Assembly (NCBI RefSeq): GCF_009914755.1
Contig: NC_060933.1
From: the human T2T-CHM13v2.0 reference genome, Homo sapiens
Strand: one strand, 5' to 3'
DNA: 64,000 bases
Shown here: positions 60,441 through 64,000 of the stretch, piece by piece
Layout: the number at the start of each line of letters is the position of its first letter
Numbering within the stretch: position 1 is the first letter of the stretch
Translations under genes and position numbers: made by a program
The notes under the pieces: generated by a model
Databases searched by the model: none
The model's input: only the letters and a program-made list of their open reading frames with translations
What the model was told of the DNA's origin: nothing

Positions 60441-62447
60441 CCAGTAGTTGCCTCAAATGTTTTATAGTAGGGAGAGCTGCTTTTCATTTATTAGAGCCCT
60501 GAAATCTCAGGAACTAGTAAGGAGAAAATAATATGTTTATTAAAGTTGCTGATTAAAGTTGGAAGAGATACATCAATACCAGAAACTTCACTTCCTGCCC
60601 AGCCCCCATTCTAACTTCCTTCTCCTCCTTCCCCGGTGAGAATGGTAAGCTAGGCAAGGAAATGCTATTTGCTTAGAACTAAATGGAGTATCCCTTGTCA
60701 TCTTGGCAAATCACCCATCTAAAACTGAGTTTATACTACCGTCGGTCTCATCCTTTGGTTCCAGCACTGGACTTGAACACCTCCAGTAATCGGAAACACA
60801 AACAGTCCTTATCCTCATAAATTCACAGTCTAGTGGAGGACACAGCCCAAAATGAACAATTATGTACTTATATAACAGCATAATAAATGGCATAATAGAA
60901 GCTGACTTGAGGGTGCTATGGGAGCGAAGAGGAAAGAAGAACTAATTCACCTTGGGGACGCAGGCCAGGTTTCACCAATACAATTTATCTGTGATGAATC
61001 TTAGAGAATGAAGCTTTTCTTGCCAGGCAGAGAAGTTGGGACAGGCATATTTGATCAAAAAAGGAACAGCCAACAAAGTCACAGGGCTGGAAGGAGCCCA
61101 GCTTGTTTGGAAAATGTTGGTAGCTGGAACATAGCTTGAGCAGCGCAAGGAAGTGTGGCAGCTTGGCAAAGGAAGTAGGCTGAAAATTCTACAGAGCAAT
61201 GCCAAGGTCTTCATAACTATCCTGAAGTTAAAGAGAGAGTCTGAAGATTCCTAAAAGAAGAGAAACATAATCAGATTGGGGGTTAGTAAATTTCTGTGGT
61301 GGTACCACAGATGGAAAAGAGCAAAACTATTGCAAAGCCTCCTGAACAGAATGAGGAAGTAAAGTCTCTTTGAGACTCAAAACTTAAAACCACGGTGATA
61401 GAGCCAATATTATATTAATATTTAAAATGCAAAACCCAAAATAAAAGGTCACTAAATGCTCTCCTCAGGATTCTGCATATAACTATGGAATTTTTCAGTT
61501 GCCCCAAAATTTTCTATTTATTTATATTTTCTTTATGTTTATTTCACTCTGAAGCACCATTTTATAGACACACAACTTCAGAAGACATGCTTGCCTTTTA
61601 GGTCAAAACAAATAAAGAAGTGAAAAGATCAAACCAAGAAAACTGGTCTTGTTTTGTTTTTAGTGTGAATGGCTAGAAAGGCAAAGTGTATATTGTCTGA
61701 AAAGAATTGCACTATCAATCTCTACAAATGTTTCTGTTCCTGTGAAAAGTCAGTGCACATTACTCAACATATGTGCCCATCAGTCTCTACTAGCTTGAGC
61801 TGAGGGTGGTCTGATAAAATTTCCCAAAAGAATAATATGTGCTAAAATGTCACTTCCTAAAACTGAGGATTTTAATTCACAAAGGCAAATTTAAAGCACA
61901 AATTTGTAATTAAAACAAAACAAAAACTTAGTCAATATGCAATATATTTTGGAAGTAAACTGTATTAATAGTGTTTTACAGGTTTTTCTTTTCCTGAAGT
62001 TATTAAGTATTCAAATAATATTTAGTGCTTTTTTTGTTATAAGCTGATTGCATGCTTACAGTAAAACACTCACAATTAAAGTATAAAGGAGAAAATAAAA
62101 AATTATTCATAAAGGCCAGACCCAGAAATGTCCATCATAAATATTTTATACAATCCTTCCATTCACACACATATATAATATTATATATTTATCACTTATT
62201 TCTATTCATTTAAATTATGCCATGAGCATTTTCCTATAATACTCAATATTCTCTGAAAACAATATTTTAATAGCTGTATAATATTACACCACATTTCTAG
62301 TCCATAAATTATGTAACTATTAACTTATAGCTGAGCATTTTGGTTGCTTCCAATTTTCTATATTTTAAGAATTCTGCAACTTTCATTCTTGAACATAAAT
62401 CATTCTTCGCATCCTTACATCTCTTGTGATTCCTTAAGGGCAAAATC

Positions 62448-62785
62448 TTAGAACTGGAATTGTTGGGTCAAAGTATAAGTTACATTGTTAAAACTTTTGC
62501 CACTTACTGCCAGATTGCTTCAGGGGCAGGTTTAGAACTGGAATTGTTGGGTCAAAGTATAAGTTACATTGTTAAAACTTTTGCCACTTACTGCCAGATT
62601 GCTTCAGGGGCAGGTTTAGAACTGGAATTGTTGGGTCAAAGTATAAGTTACATTGTTAAAACTTTTGCCACTTACTGCCAGATTGCTTCAGGGGCAGGTT
62701 TAGAACTGGAATTGTTGGGTCAAAGTATAAGTTACATTGTTAAAACTTTTGCCACTTACTGCCAAACTGCTTCAGGGGCAGGTTT
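62448..62785. repeat. 84-bp x 4 tandem repeat (minisatellite) within an antisense L1ME-type relic
   Basis: Units start at 62448, 62532, 62616 and 62700. The first three are identical; the fourth has gccaaactgc instead of gccagattgc. Confidence 0.97.
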
Positions 62786-63541
62786 TGCTAATTTGTAGTT
62801 GCATCGGGAGTGCATAGCTTGACAGACAAAAAACATGGTATATAATTAAGAATTACTTTCTCTTATTAAATGTAAAGTGGGATGTTTTCATAATATTTAC
62901 TGGACAATTATATTCTGTGAATTGTTTCCCCATGTCCTATTGCAGGTTTCCTATTGAAATGTTTGTCTTCTTCATCTGCTTTCTCTTTTAAACTAAGGAA
63001 GAAGGGGAGTTTTCTTTGTATTATAGATACTTGGGGATGCTCAGGAATGCCCCTAAAGTGGAAAATTTGGGCTTTCCTTTTTCTTTGCATGCTGGTTAGG
63101 GAGTTTGGTCTAGACTCTAGATCATGTTGCCTGTGGAAACCAACCTAAGGACACCTTGGTTAAGATCAAGACCACCAAGCACAGGATAATCATATTATGC
63201 CCATATTTTAGTCTCCTTGTCATACTTGTTTGCAATATTTTCCCCATATTTTGTTTGCCTTATTTTATTATCTCCTTTTGAAATAAAAATATACTTTATA
63301 TTGCAGTGTAGTATTCCTTTAGAATATATGCCTAATATTTTTGTTTCCTTGCACAAATTATAGCTATATGTATTAAATATATATCTCTCATCTTAAGTAA
63401 ATGAAATAGTCATTAATGCACTAATGTTTCTAGTATAATTGTTTTATGCTTTACTTTTTGTTTTACTTTGTAGTTTTTGCTTTATTTAAATGATATTTAT
63501 ATTTGGGGTTCACTTTGGTTAACTGTATAAATGCCTTTTCT

Positions 63542-63857
<316 letters not shown>

Positions 63858-64000
63858 TCAACACCAAACTTCACTGACTATACCTATTGCCATATTTAAG
63901 GTATTTGCTGAAGGTTTTTGGAAATTGTTCTAAAATTGAAAGGAGAGTGGTAGTGTTGGTAAAGATATAATCAGGGAGTGGGATTCTTTCACTCCTTGCT

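Noticed and set aside
62448-62785. CRISPR-like array or repeat protein gene
   Set aside because: Head-to-tail units with no spacers, primate context, L1-derived unit, no ATG.

Overview
Hominoid (ape or human) nuclear genomic DNA that is AT-rich and dominated by repeats. The SVA, AluY and L1PA3/4 insertions point to hominoid origin, but the species cannot be fixed from the sequence alone. The only gene-derived sequence I can support is a TOPORS-like paralog on the + strand at about 13560-15763. It has a decayed RING remnant, an intact TOPORS-conserved central domain and an R/S-rich tail. It is broken by TGA 13683, a 1-nt frameshift in an A8 run (14703-14710) and TAG 14831, so it is most likely the TOPORSL(P) pseudogene. 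The rest is layered transposons: a full-length old L1PA, a 5'-inverted L1MA, a near full-length HSMAR2 mariner, an SVA_A-like element, about 12 Alus, several MaLR/ERVL LTRs, hAT/Tigger MITEs, a MADE1, MIR/L2 relics and microsatellites. There is also a young 84-bp x4 tandem repeat that arose inside an ancient L1. Nearly all ORF-track entries are repeat artefacts. I see no prokaryote-type system such as CRISPR. Repeat subfamily calls come from remembered consensus diagnostics and need RepeatMasker/Dfam confirmation.
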